A stretch of 39,327 bases of DNA from a virus (IMGVR_UViG_3300045988_101759:1-39327), one strand, 5' to 3'. Positions 1 through 6,181 are shown, counted from the stretch's first letter. Program-made: numbers and translations. The notes: generated by a model not told the origin, from the letters alone.

Positions 1-119
1 ATATAGTTTATATCAAGGAAAGGAGGTGAACATGACACCATCGGAGATAATCACCAGCATCTCGCTTCTCGTCGCGAGCATCGCGGCCCTCATCAAAGCA
101 GTGACCGGACTCATCAAGG
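1..119. repeat. Terminal direct repeat, copy 1 (identical to 39209-39327); circular-assembly overlap
   Basis: Base-by-base comparison shows the first 119 nt equal the last 119 nt. The repeat cuts through the small CDS 32-151, so the unit genome is 39208 bp. Confidence 0.95.
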
Positions 120-151
120 AGATGAGACGGAAACCGAAGAAGAGGAAGTGA
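32..151 (+). CDS. 39-aa single-pass membrane mini-protein with basic tail
   Basis: ATG follows the strong SD AAGGAAAGGAGGTG. Translation is MTPSEIITSISLLVASIAALIKAVTGLIKEMRRKPKKRK. It falls below the ORF-track size cutoff. Confidence 0.6.
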   Translation: MTPSEIITSISLLVASIAALIKAVTGLIKEMRRKPKKRK

Positions 152-155
152 GCAA

Positions 156-186
156 GGGTTCCGGCCAGACCTAGGGGCCGGAACCC
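156..186 (+). other. Perfect 11-bp GC hairpin between the two mini-genes
   Basis: GGGTTCCGGCC, a 9-nt loop, then GGCCGGAACCC. No U tract follows. Confidence 0.6.
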
Positions 187-199
187 CATATCTCCGATT

Positions 200-355
200 A
201 TGCCATGGGACATCATGAGAACGGAATCGATAGTCAGCGCGGTGTTCGCGCTCGGAACCGCCGCCAGCGCATGGTTCGGCTGGCCGTTCGCGCTCACCGC
301 CGGATGCGCCATCGTCAGCGCCGTCTTCGCGCTCATCGCCGGAAGGAAGGACTGA
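200..355 (+). CDS. 51-aa two-segment hydrophobic mini-protein
   Basis: Translation is MPWDIMRTESIVSAVFALGTAASAWFGWPFALTAGCAIVSAVFALIAGRKD, with IVSAVFAL occurring twice. The stop lies 1 nt before the next ATG. Confidence 0.5.
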   Translation: MPWDIMRTESIVSAVFALGTAASAWFGWPFALTAGCAIVSAVFALIAGRKD

Positions 356-356
356 C

Positions 357-572
357 ATGGCCGTCGAATACCTGAGCGTCACCGACGTGGCCAAGCGCCT
401 CGGCATCAGCACCGCCGCCGTCAGCGCCTACAAGCTCCCCCAGCCGGACGCCACCATCGGACGCACGCGCGGCTGGCTCCCCGAGACCATCGACCAATGG
501 AACGCGCAACGCCCTGGCCGCGGTGTCGGCGGCGGCAGGCCACGGAAGAAGGCGGAAGATGGCGACCATTGA
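357..572 (+). CDS. Excisionase-like / MerR-type HTH DNA-binding protein
   Basis: 71 aa. The motif LSVTDVAKRLGISTAAVSAY...WLPETIDQW resembles HTH_17/Xis proteins. It overlaps the int start by 14 nt. Confidence 0.65.
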   Translation: MAVEYLSVTDVAKRLGISTAAVSAYKLPQPDATIGRTRGWLPETIDQWNAQRPGRGVGGGRPRKKAEDGDH

Positions 573-1689
573 CGCATACGACACCAAGGACGGACGACGA
601 TGGCGCGTCATCTACCGCAAACCGGACGGCACGCAGACTAGCCGGCGCGGCTTCCAACGCAAACGCGACGCTCAGGAATGGCTGGCCGAACACGTCACCG
701 TCGCCAAGGCCAGCGGAACGTACATCGACCCGCAGGCCGGACGCCGGAAGGTCGGCGGGCTCTGGCCGGCATGGATAGCCAAGAAGCGCGTCTCGTCAAA
801 GGCCAGCTACGTCGAATCGCTCGAACGAGCATGGCGGGTCCATGTCGAACCGCAATGGGGCGCGCGCACGCTCGAATCACTGACCCGCGCCGAAATCCAG
901 GAATGGGTCAGCGCCCAAGCCGAAAGCAAGAGCGCCACCGTCGTGCTGCGCAACCTCGGAATCCTGCGCGGCATCTGCGCCGACGCCGTGTCCGACAGAC
1001 TCATCCCGTCCAACCCGTGCGACGGCATCGAGACGCCACGCAAGAAGCGCAAGGAGCACACGTACCTCACCGTCGAACAGCTGTTCCGGCTCGCCGACGA
1101 ATCCGGCGACCGGCGGACGATGGTGCTCGTGCTCGGCCTGTGCGGACTGAGATGGGGAGAGATGGCCGGACTGCACGTCGAGGACGTGGATTTCGCCAGA
1201 CACCGGCTTTCGGTCAGACGGAGCGCCACCACAGTCAGCCACGAGGTGGTGGTCGACCTGCCAAAATCCGGCAGGTCGAGGCAGGTCGTGTTCCCCAGCA
1301 CACTCGACGCCCCGCTGCGCGATCGGTGCGCCGGGAGGGAAGGCCGCGAGCCGCTGTTCCCCGCGCAGGACGGAGGATATCTGGCGCGCACCGCGCCGCC
1401 GAACGACCCGACCAAGTGGTTCTGGCGGGCGAAGAGGCGCGCCGGCGTCCCTCTCGGACTCACCTACCACGACCTGCGCCACACCGCGGCGAGCCTCATG
1501 GTCAGCTCCGGAGCGAACGTCAAGGCCATCCAGAACCAGCTCGGCCACGCGAGCGCGGCGATGACCCTGGATGTGTACGCCGATCTGTTCGACGACGATC
1601 TGGACGCGGTCGGTCTGGCGATGGATTCGTTGCTGCTTCGGGAAAATGTTGCCAAAATGTTGCCAAAAACGACTGCGAGCGCGGCGTGA
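559..1689 (+). CDS. int: Tyrosine integrase
   Basis: Catalytic signature seen by eye: GLRWGE (Arg), HDLRHTAAS (H-x-x-R) and LGHASAAMTLDVYADLF (His...Tyr). I chose the ATG at 559 (MATIDAYD...) over the longer ORF-track start. Confidence 0.93.
   Translation: MATIDAYDTKDGRRWRVIYRKPDGTQTSRRGFQRKRDAQEWLAEHVTVAKASGTYIDPQAGRRKVGGLWPAWIAKKRVSSKASYVESLERAWRVHVEPQWGARTLESLTRAEIQEWVSAQAESKSATVVLRNLGILRGICADAVSDRLIPSNPCDGIETPRKKRKEHTYLTVEQLFRLADESGDRRTMVLVLGLCGLRWGEMAGLHVEDVDFARHRLSVRRSATTVSHEVVVDLPKSGRSRQVVFPSTLDAPLRDRCAGREGREPLFPAQDGGYLARTAPPNDPTKWFWRAKRRAGVPLGLTYHDLRHTAASLMVSSGANVKAIQNQLGHASAAMTLDVYADLFDDDLDAVGLAMDSLLLRENVAKMLPKTTASAA
1643..1664 (+). repeat. Arm-type repeat pair AAAATGTTGCC x2 (candidate Int arm sites, P side)
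   Basis: Exact tandem 11-mers inside the 3' end of int. Related copies occur at 1852-1873. Confidence 0.6.
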
Positions 1690-1723
1690 TTCAAGCGGGA
1701 GTAAGGCTTTCGGGCTTGATGTA

Positions 1724-1750
1724 GCGGGATTCGATTCCCCGCATCTCCAC
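1724..1750 (+). other. Candidate attP core: tRNA 3'-end-like segment (T-arm plus acceptor strand)
   Basis: GCGGGATTCGATTCCCCGC followed by ATCTCCA resembles a T arm (TTCGATT loop) plus a 3' acceptor strand. The G53 equivalent is A and no 5' half exists, so it is a fragment and not a gene. Confidence 0.5.
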
Positions 1751-1756
1751 TGATGA

Positions 1757-1790
1757 AAAGCCGCCAGAAATGGCGGCTTTTCCTTTATTT
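1757..1790 (+). terminator. Rho-independent terminator after int and the tRNA-like core
   Basis: AAAGCCGCC, AGAAAT loop, GGCGGCTTT, then TCCTTTATTT. Confidence 0.75.
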
Positions 1791-1851
1791 CCAACGGTTT
1801 GTGACTGTTGTCGATGTTTATCGAGATTACGAAAATCACGTCGTTTTCTAA

Positions 1852-1873
1852 AAAATGTTGCCAAAATGTTGTC
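1852..1873 (+). repeat. Arm-type repeat pair AAAATGTTGCC / AAAATGTTGTC (P' side)
   Basis: 20 of 22 nt identical to 1643-1664. It flanks the candidate core on the other side. Confidence 0.6.
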
Positions 1874-1890
1874 ACGGAACAAGCCCCCGA

Positions 1891-1955
1891 ACAACAAAAA
1901 GCCCCTCCCCCAGCAATGCTGAGAGAGGGGCTACTCGTACTCAATGTACGAGTAG
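1891..1955 (-). terminator. Two consecutive hairpins ending the late operon
   Basis: On the minus strand: CTACTCGTAC, 5-nt loop, GTACGAGTAG. Then AGCCCCTC, loop, GAGGGGCT followed by TTTTGTTGTT. Confidence 0.7.
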
Positions 1956-1956
1956 G

Positions 1957-2184
1957 TCATAGTTTGGTCTTCAACTCGCTGACGCCGATCAGGGCGCCGA
2001 CGAACACGCCGACGGCGTTGATGGTAGTGACGAGCTCGCCGCAGTGCGGCAACCCCCACTGTGGGCCGACCACGCCGACCAGCCAAGCGACGGCCGGCAG
2101 GGCGATCAGCGCGATCCATTTGAGCACCTGATACACCTTGCCTGGCAGCAGGTAGTCGGGCTCTGTCTTGGTGTCCTTGTCCAT
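1957..2184 (-). CDS. Holin (75 aa, two TM segments)
   Basis: ATG after TAAGGAGGTG. Translation begins MDKDTKTEPDYLLPGKVYQVLKWIALIALPAVAWLVGVVG and continues to VGVFVGALIGV. It lies next to the endolysin. Confidence 0.7.
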   Translation of the reverse strand: MDKDTKTEPDYLLPGKVYQVLKWIALIALPAVAWLVGVVGPQWGLPHCGELVTTINAVGVFVGALIGVSELKTKL

Positions 2185-2212
2185 TACACACCTCCTTAAG
2201 TGTTGCATGAAA

Positions 2213-2245
2213 CCGGCTCCACAACTTTTAGAATCGTGGAGCCGG
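2213..2245 (-). terminator. Hairpin between endolysin and holin (possible attenuating terminator)
   Basis: CCGGCTCCAC, 13-nt loop, GTGGAGCCGG, followed by TTTCAT on the minus strand. Confidence 0.35.
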
Positions 2246-2252
2246 GATCCGG

Positions 2253-3545
2253 TCAGCGGAGCCGCTGGCCGGGATAGATAGTGTACGGCGGGCGGATGCC
2301 GTTGCGCTGAGCCGCGGCGGACCAGCCGGTGCCGTAGATCTTCCACAGGCTCTCGCCAGCAGTCACCACGTGGGACGTGCCGACCACACGAGCGCCGACA
2401 CTGGCGGCGGTCGTACCGCCGTAGCAGACGCGGTTGCCGGGATAGATGCGGTTGATGTTTCCGCTGGGCACGCTCCACGCGCTTGCCGGCGTCCGTCCAG
2501 TGCGGTTGGCGATCGCGCTCATGGTGTCGCCGGAGCCGACCACGACGCAATACGCGCCGCCACTATTGCCAGCCACGGTGCCGCCACTGCCAGTCAGTCG
2601 GCGGTTGACGATGGCCATGACCTCGCTGTAGCGGCTGCCGAGCAGCTGACGGCGTTGCGGGTCGTTGCCGTACTCGCCACGGATCACGGCCGAGGCGAGC
2701 GTGTCAGCGTCGGCCACCGGCGCGCCGTTGGTCTTGTTGTTCTTCGGCGGCGTGGTCGTGTTGGACGTGACGGAGGATGCCGGAGCGCCGGCGTACTTCG
2801 CCCAGGTCACGGCGTCGCCGTAGAACCAGTTGACGTCCACCGCGCCGCCGATTCCGCCGACCGACCCGGAACTGGAGTACTGCCATGCGGCCGCGAACGG
2901 CCACGGGCTCACGAAGTACGGGACGGCTCCCGGATTGCGGAGCCGGTCGCCGGTATAACCGCGCGGATAGCCCGCGACCCACAGGCCGGCGTTCGTGGCC
3001 ACGACAGCCGACCAATCACCGGTCGGAATCATGGCCGCGCTCATGTAAATCAGCGGGTTGACACCCCACGCGGCTTTCACGCGGTTGACCCACCTGAGCG
3101 CCCACCAGGTCTGCTTGCCCCAATATCCGCCAGGAGCGCTCGGCTCCCAGTCGAGCACCGGGATGGCCCTGCCGATCATGCCGCGCGCGCGGGCCTCGGA
3201 CACGAACTTGTCGGCCTCGGCCTCCGGCGTGCTGGTCTGCGGGCTGGCGAAGTCGTAGGCTCCCTCGCGGATGCCGGCCGAGCGGGCCGCGTCAAGCTGG
3301 CAATTGGCGTAAGGATTGACATATCCAGTGCCCTGATTGAGCTTGATGAACGCGAAATTGACGCCCGCGGCCTTGGCCTGCGCGCCGTTCCAGCAGCCTT
3401 GATAGCTTGCGGTGTCCACGCCGGTGTCGGCCGACGCGACAGGTGCCGCGATCATGCAGATGGCGATCATGGCGGCGGCGAATGGCTTGCGCCAGTCACG
3501 CGGCAGTCGCTTGTGTTTCGGATGGCTTTTGTTGAGAATCTTCAC
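2253..3545 (-). CDS. Endolysin: signal peptide + GH25 muramidase + 2 LysM
   Basis: GTG start after GGGAGGGAGGATT. N-terminus KPFAAAMIAICMIAAPVASA/D. GH25-like DTASYQG...GVNFAFIKLNQGTGYVNPY...YDFASP. Two LysM-like repeats near the C-terminus. Confidence 0.88.
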   Translation of the reverse strand: MKILNKSHPKHKRLPRDWRKPFAAAMIAICMIAAPVASADTGVDTASYQGCWNGAQAKAAGVNFAFIKLNQGTGYVNPYANCQLDAARSAGIREGAYDFASPQTSTPEAEADKFVSEARARGMIGRAIPVLDWEPSAPGGYWGKQTWWALRWVNRVKAAWGVNPLIYMSAAMIPTGDWSAVVATNAGLWVAGYPRGYTGDRLRNPGAVPYFVSPWPFAAAWQYSSSGSVGGIGGAVDVNWFYGDAVTWAKYAGAPASSVTSNTTTPPKNNKTNGAPVADADTLASAVIRGEYGNDPQRRQLLGSRYSEVMAIVNRRLTGSGGTVAGNSGGAYCVVVGSGDTMSAIANRTGRTPASAWSVPSGNINRIYPGNRVCYGGTTAASVGARVVGTSHVVTAGESLWKIYGTGWSAAAQRNGIRPPYTIYPGQRLR

Positions 3546-3571
3546 AATCCTCCCTCCCGCCCCTTGCGGGG

Positions 3572-3604
3572 CAAAACAAAAGGCCGCCCACACCGGGCGG
3601 CCTT
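3572..3604 (-). terminator. Rho-independent terminator upstream of the lysis cassette
   Basis: On the minus strand: AGGCCGCCC, GGTGT loop, GGGCGGCCT, then TTTTGTTTTG. Confidence 0.8.
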
Positions 3605-3617
3605 GGAAAAATCGATG

Positions 3618-3704
3618 TCAGCGCATGTGCGCACCGTGATTGAAAATGATGATGAGCGCGAGGAGAAGCAGGTAGGCTCCTCCAGCGATGGCGAGGTGTG
3701 TCAT
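3618..3704 (-). CDS. 28-aa hydrophobic peptide, ATGA-coupled to the upstream gene
   Basis: Translation MTHLAIAGGAYLLLLALIIIFNHGAHMR. A GGAGG SD lies upstream. Its ATG overlaps the TGA of 3701-4090. Confidence 0.45.
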   Translation of the reverse strand: MTHLAIAGGAYLLLLALIIIFNHGAHMR

Positions 3705-4090
3705 TGCCGTTCCTCCAAGTATTTTTCGGCGGCTGAGATGATCCAGCATTGCGCGTCGAGTTTTTCGAGCTTAGCCAGCTCGTATCGGACGGCCTCACTG
3801 TGGTCGTGTGACTGGTCGCCGTAAATCAGGCTGATGAGCGTGTTTTTGATGGTGTCCCTGCACAATTCGTCCAGCCGCCCGTCAAACCGTTCGGAACGTT
3901 CGCCGAGCTGCCTCGTCTTGGCGAAATGCTGGGAAAGCACCGAATTATAAGGCAATCGCTCGGGGTTCACGTGGCTGTAAAGCCCGGTCGCGAGCGATTC
4001 GAGCGCCCCCGGCCAGATTTTGAGACATAGTGTGATTACCGCGCACGCGCCACCCACACCCCCGAAACCAGCTAGAAAATTTTGCAGCAC
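3701..4090 (-). CDS. 129-aa protein with N-terminal TM segment, unknown function (moron)
   Basis: GTG start after TAAGGAG. Translation begins VLQNFLAGFGGVGGACAVITLCLKIW. Lower GC than neighbours and bracketed by terminators. Confidence 0.6.
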   Translation of the reverse strand: MLQNFLAGFGGVGGACAVITLCLKIWPGALESLATGLYSHVNPERLPYNSVLSQHFAKTRQLGERSERFDGRLDELCRDTIKNTLISLIYGDQSHDHSEAVRYELAKLEKLDAQCWIISAAEKYLEERQ

Positions 4091-4104
4091 ATTACATCTC
4101 CTTA

Positions 4105-4131
4105 TGGAAAAGCCCCGCACGCGGCGGGGCT
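4105..4131 (-). terminator. Rho-independent terminator after the tail-associated cassette genes
   Basis: On the minus strand: GCCCCGC, CGCGT loop, GCGGGGC, then TTTTCC. Confidence 0.7.
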
Positions 4132-4144
4132 GGATTGATTGAGA

Positions 4145-4504
4145 TTAGTAGGGGTGGTCGGCGGCGGCGAACACCAATGGCAGGTTGGCAGTTTTGAGCA
4201 TGGTCACCAAGCTGGCGTCCTCGTAGCCGCACAGGCGGGCGAGCACGGTAACACCGGGGAAGATCGCTACGGTGTTGTTGTCATTGATGCCGATCATGGT
4301 GCCGCCGTCTGCCCTCTCCCACACGACCTTCGCCAAACCGTCCTGCTCGGGCGGGTACAGCCAGCTGACACCGCTGCCGGTGACGGTGATCTCACACCCC
4401 TCGCCAGTGGTCTTCGCCTCGGCCGTCATGCCGGACGGCGTCCACGGTTTCACCGGGGCGCGATCCTTCATGGTCGGCGGATTGTAGAGATTCCGTATCC
4501 TCAC
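4145..4504 (-). CDS. Small tail-region cassette protein 1 (119 aa), unknown
   Basis: GTG start. N-terminus MRIRN, C-terminus AADHPY. Beta-rich composition. It lies downstream of the fibre genes. Confidence 0.6.
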   Translation of the reverse strand: MRIRNLYNPPTMKDRAPVKPWTPSGMTAEAKTTGEGCEITVTGSGVSWLYPPEQDGLAKVVWERADGGTMIGINDNNTVAIFPGVTVLARLCGYEDASLVTMLKTANLPLVFAAADHPY

Positions 4505-4543
4505 TCAGACCACCCCCATTCGAGGGCGGCTAGTATGCGGCGG
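4490..4543. repeat. Cassette-junction repeat, copy A
   Basis: Contains the exact blocks ATTCCGTAT, GACCACCC and GGCTAGTATG, shared with 4908-4960. It spans the upstream stop, the spacer, the RBS and the first 5 codons of the downstream gene. Confidence 0.8.
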
Positions 4544-4922
4544 TGTCCTTGTCGAAGCAGCTGACACCAAGCGATTGCATGACCTGCCAATCCGAATCGG
4601 CGAAGTATCCGCGGCATTGGAGCGTGACCTTCGCGCCCGAATTCATGACCAGGCCCGTGTACCAGTTTGCCGTCCGGCAAATCGCGACGCCATTCTCGAG
4701 GGTCACACCATTGGCGGTCGCCCTGATGCTCCCCTGCATGTCCTTGAGGATTGCCGTGCAGGTGCCGCCGGATGACGGCATGGGAAGTATGATGTTGCCC
4801 CACAATCGCAGCAGCTGGCTGTCCGCTGTGGCCGTGTACGTCTGACCATCCACAGTGCCAGAGAAGAAGTTGCCGTTCGAGATGATGGTCTTGGTGGCCT
4901 GCGCCGTATTCCGTATAATCAT
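4530..4922 (-). CDS. Small tail-region cassette protein 2 (130 aa), unknown
   Basis: ATG start. N-terminus MIIRN, C-terminus KDTAAY. GC3-rich reading frame. Confidence 0.65.
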   Translation of the reverse strand: MIIRNTAQATKTIISNGNFFSGTVDGQTYTATADSQLLRLWGNIILPMPSSGGTCTAILKDMQGSIRATANGVTLENGVAICRTANWYTGLVMNSGAKVTLQCRGYFADSDWQVMQSLGVSCFDKDTAAY

Positions 4923-4960
4923 CGCCGACCACCCGCCTTGACGGGGCTAGTATGGCGCGG
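4908..4960. repeat. Cassette-junction repeat, copy B
   Basis: Imperfect direct repeat of 4490-4543, seen by manual alignment. Confidence 0.8.
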
Positions 4961-5273
4961 TCTGCGCGGTGAAGAAGCTCGGAAGCCCCCCCCCCGAAAC
5001 AAAAGCGTCGTATGCGGGTTTCGATTCGATGGCGATATCACGGCAGGTGGTCCCATCCTGTGCCTGCATCAGCATGTCCGTGGTCTTGTTCAGATGGAAT
5101 TCCGCTTCATTCATGGCCTCGCCCAGTTTGGCGTAACGTTTCCAGTTGGTGTCGCCCACGAAGAGGATGCCGCCCGTCTTGCTGACATGCCAGTCGCCCT
5201 GCGGGAGACTGCCGATATCGATGCGCTTGTTAGGCACCGTCGTATGGCTCGAATAGGCAAGTTTCCGTCTCAT
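4947..5273 (-). CDS. Small tail-region cassette protein 3 (108 aa), unknown
   Basis: ATG after GGAAAGGAATTGTG. Its start overlaps the upstream stop by 1 nt. C-terminus AQTAPY. It contains the G10 tract. Confidence 0.6.
   Translation of the reverse strand: MRRKLAYSSHTTVPNKRIDIGSLPQGDWHVSKTGGILFVGDTNWKRYAKLGEAMNEAEFHLNKTTDMLMQAQDGTTCRDIAIESKPAYDAFVSGGGLPSFFTAQTAPY
4986..4995 (-). repeat. Homopolymer G10 (C10 on the plus strand) inside a CDS
   Basis: Counted directly: ggaag + 10 c + gaaac. On the coding strand it encodes S-G-G-G. Confidence 0.95.
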
Positions 5274-6181
5274 CACAATTCCTTTCCGGTCAAAAGCTTC
5301 CAATCATCCCATTCCTTGCGCCACACCTCGCGGATACGGTCGATGAGGAAGCACATCACGTTCGAATCGTCACCCACCGACCCCGTGTAATACTTCAGGC
5401 CGTTGTGCAATTTTTCCGTGCGGCACCAGAGACTGCCCACGGGCGCGGTCGTGGGCCGGTCGGATTGGACGAGGATCTGTTTCGACGCGGAAGGCGGATA
5501 CGACACAGCCGTGTCGGCGACATAAACGAGACGGTGTTTCGTCGCATCCTGCTTCGCTGGATTAGACCACGCCTTGTCATTGCCGTCACGTTGGAAAGCG
5601 ATACTGAAGCCCGACTCGCCGCCATAGTCGAAGACACTCTTGAAAAGACCATTGCCCAGGCTTGTCATCGTCACACTGCCGTGAGGCTGACTATCCGAGG
5701 CGGCATCGGTCAGCAGACGCCAATACATTGTCACGGTCTTCGTGGTATTGGACGGCGAATGGTAGATCACGGTCATCTTCGAGTCCGAATCCGGCGCGTT
5801 TATCCCGACCACGGCTGGCTGGTAGGCGTCGTTTTTCAGGGCGGCGAGCATGGTGGTCGGATTCGACGCGAAGGACAGGAGATTCGAATCCGTCATGGTC
5901 GCCACCGTCGTGTCATTGACGGTGAGTGCCGGAGCATCGACCTGCACTGTGTGCCCGTCCGCGTACACCGCGACGGCCCCCAAGCGGAGTTCGGGATGGT
6001 CGCTGTAGAGCGCCTGCGAAGTGAAGTCCACCGGTTCGAGCCACACATCCGTGAGGGTTTCTGCGGCGGGCGGCCACACCTGCGCGCCATCGTAGAGCGC
6101 GTTCCAATACACCGGCCGACCGGTCTCGTCCACGCCGAAGACCGGTTCGCCCACTCTCACGCCGTTCAACAGCACGCCCAT
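5273..6181 (-). CDS. Tail fibre / putative carbohydrate-binding structural protein (302 aa)
   Basis: I chose the start MGVLLNGVRVG, 1 nt after the upstream stop. The Arg-rich upstream extension in the ORF track is off-frame sequence from the neighbouring gene. The segment TVTMYWRL...GFSIAFQRDG...W looks like a beta-sandwich. Confidence 0.6.
   Translation of the reverse strand: MGVLLNGVRVGEPVFGVDETGRPVYWNALYDGAQVWPPAAETLTDVWLEPVDFTSQALYSDHPELRLGAVAVYADGHTVQVDAPALTVNDTTVATMTDSNLLSFASNPTTMLAALKNDAYQPAVVGINAPDSDSKMTVIYHSPSNTTKTVTMYWRLLTDAASDSQPHGSVTMTSLGNGLFKSVFDYGGESGFSIAFQRDGNDKAWSNPAKQDATKHRLVYVADTAVSYPPSASKQILVQSDRPTTAPVGSLWCRTEKLHNGLKYYTGSVGDDSNVMCFLIDRIREVWRKEWDDWKLLTGKEL

Noticed and set aside
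1700-1760. A full tRNA gene next to the integrase.
   Set aside because: Only a T-arm-like and acceptor-3'-strand-like segment is present, and the G53 equivalent is A. There is no D arm, anticodon arm or 5' acceptor strand upstream, because the int coding sequence ends at 1689. I interpret it as the attP copy of a host tRNA 3' end.
2370-3824. Long plus-strand ORFs antisense to minus-strand genes. Examples are 2370-3824, 5405-6349, 12006-12995, 16419-17744, 19841-20854, 29518-31203, 31479-32465 and 33779-35026.
   Set aside because: Their translations are Arg/Gly/His/Ala-rich low-complexity sequence typical of open off-frames in high-GC DNA. They lack SD sequences. Each lies opposite an ORF with clear domain signatures and GC3 bias.
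4501-4932. The 143-aa minus-strand ORF overlapping cassette gene 2, which would be entered from gene 3 if the G tract gained one G.
   Set aside because: The His/Gly/Arg-rich translation has no protein-like pattern and is GC3-poor compared with the 4530-4922 frame.
4152-4934. A possible invertible segment or RBP shufflon. The exact 12-bp block GGGTGGTCGGCG (4152-4163) is the inverted copy of CGCCGACCACCC (4923-4934), and a 9-bp version lies at 4508-4516.
   Set aside because: No dedicated invertase gene is present; the only recombinase is the attP-linked integrase. All three cassette genes face the same way, so inversion would not create a new in-frame fusion. A 12-mer match in GC-rich DNA could be chance or a by-product of the junction repeat. 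A tyrosine-recombinase RBP shufflon (Rin) is known in Bifidobacterium prophages, so read-level evidence for inversion would still be worth checking.
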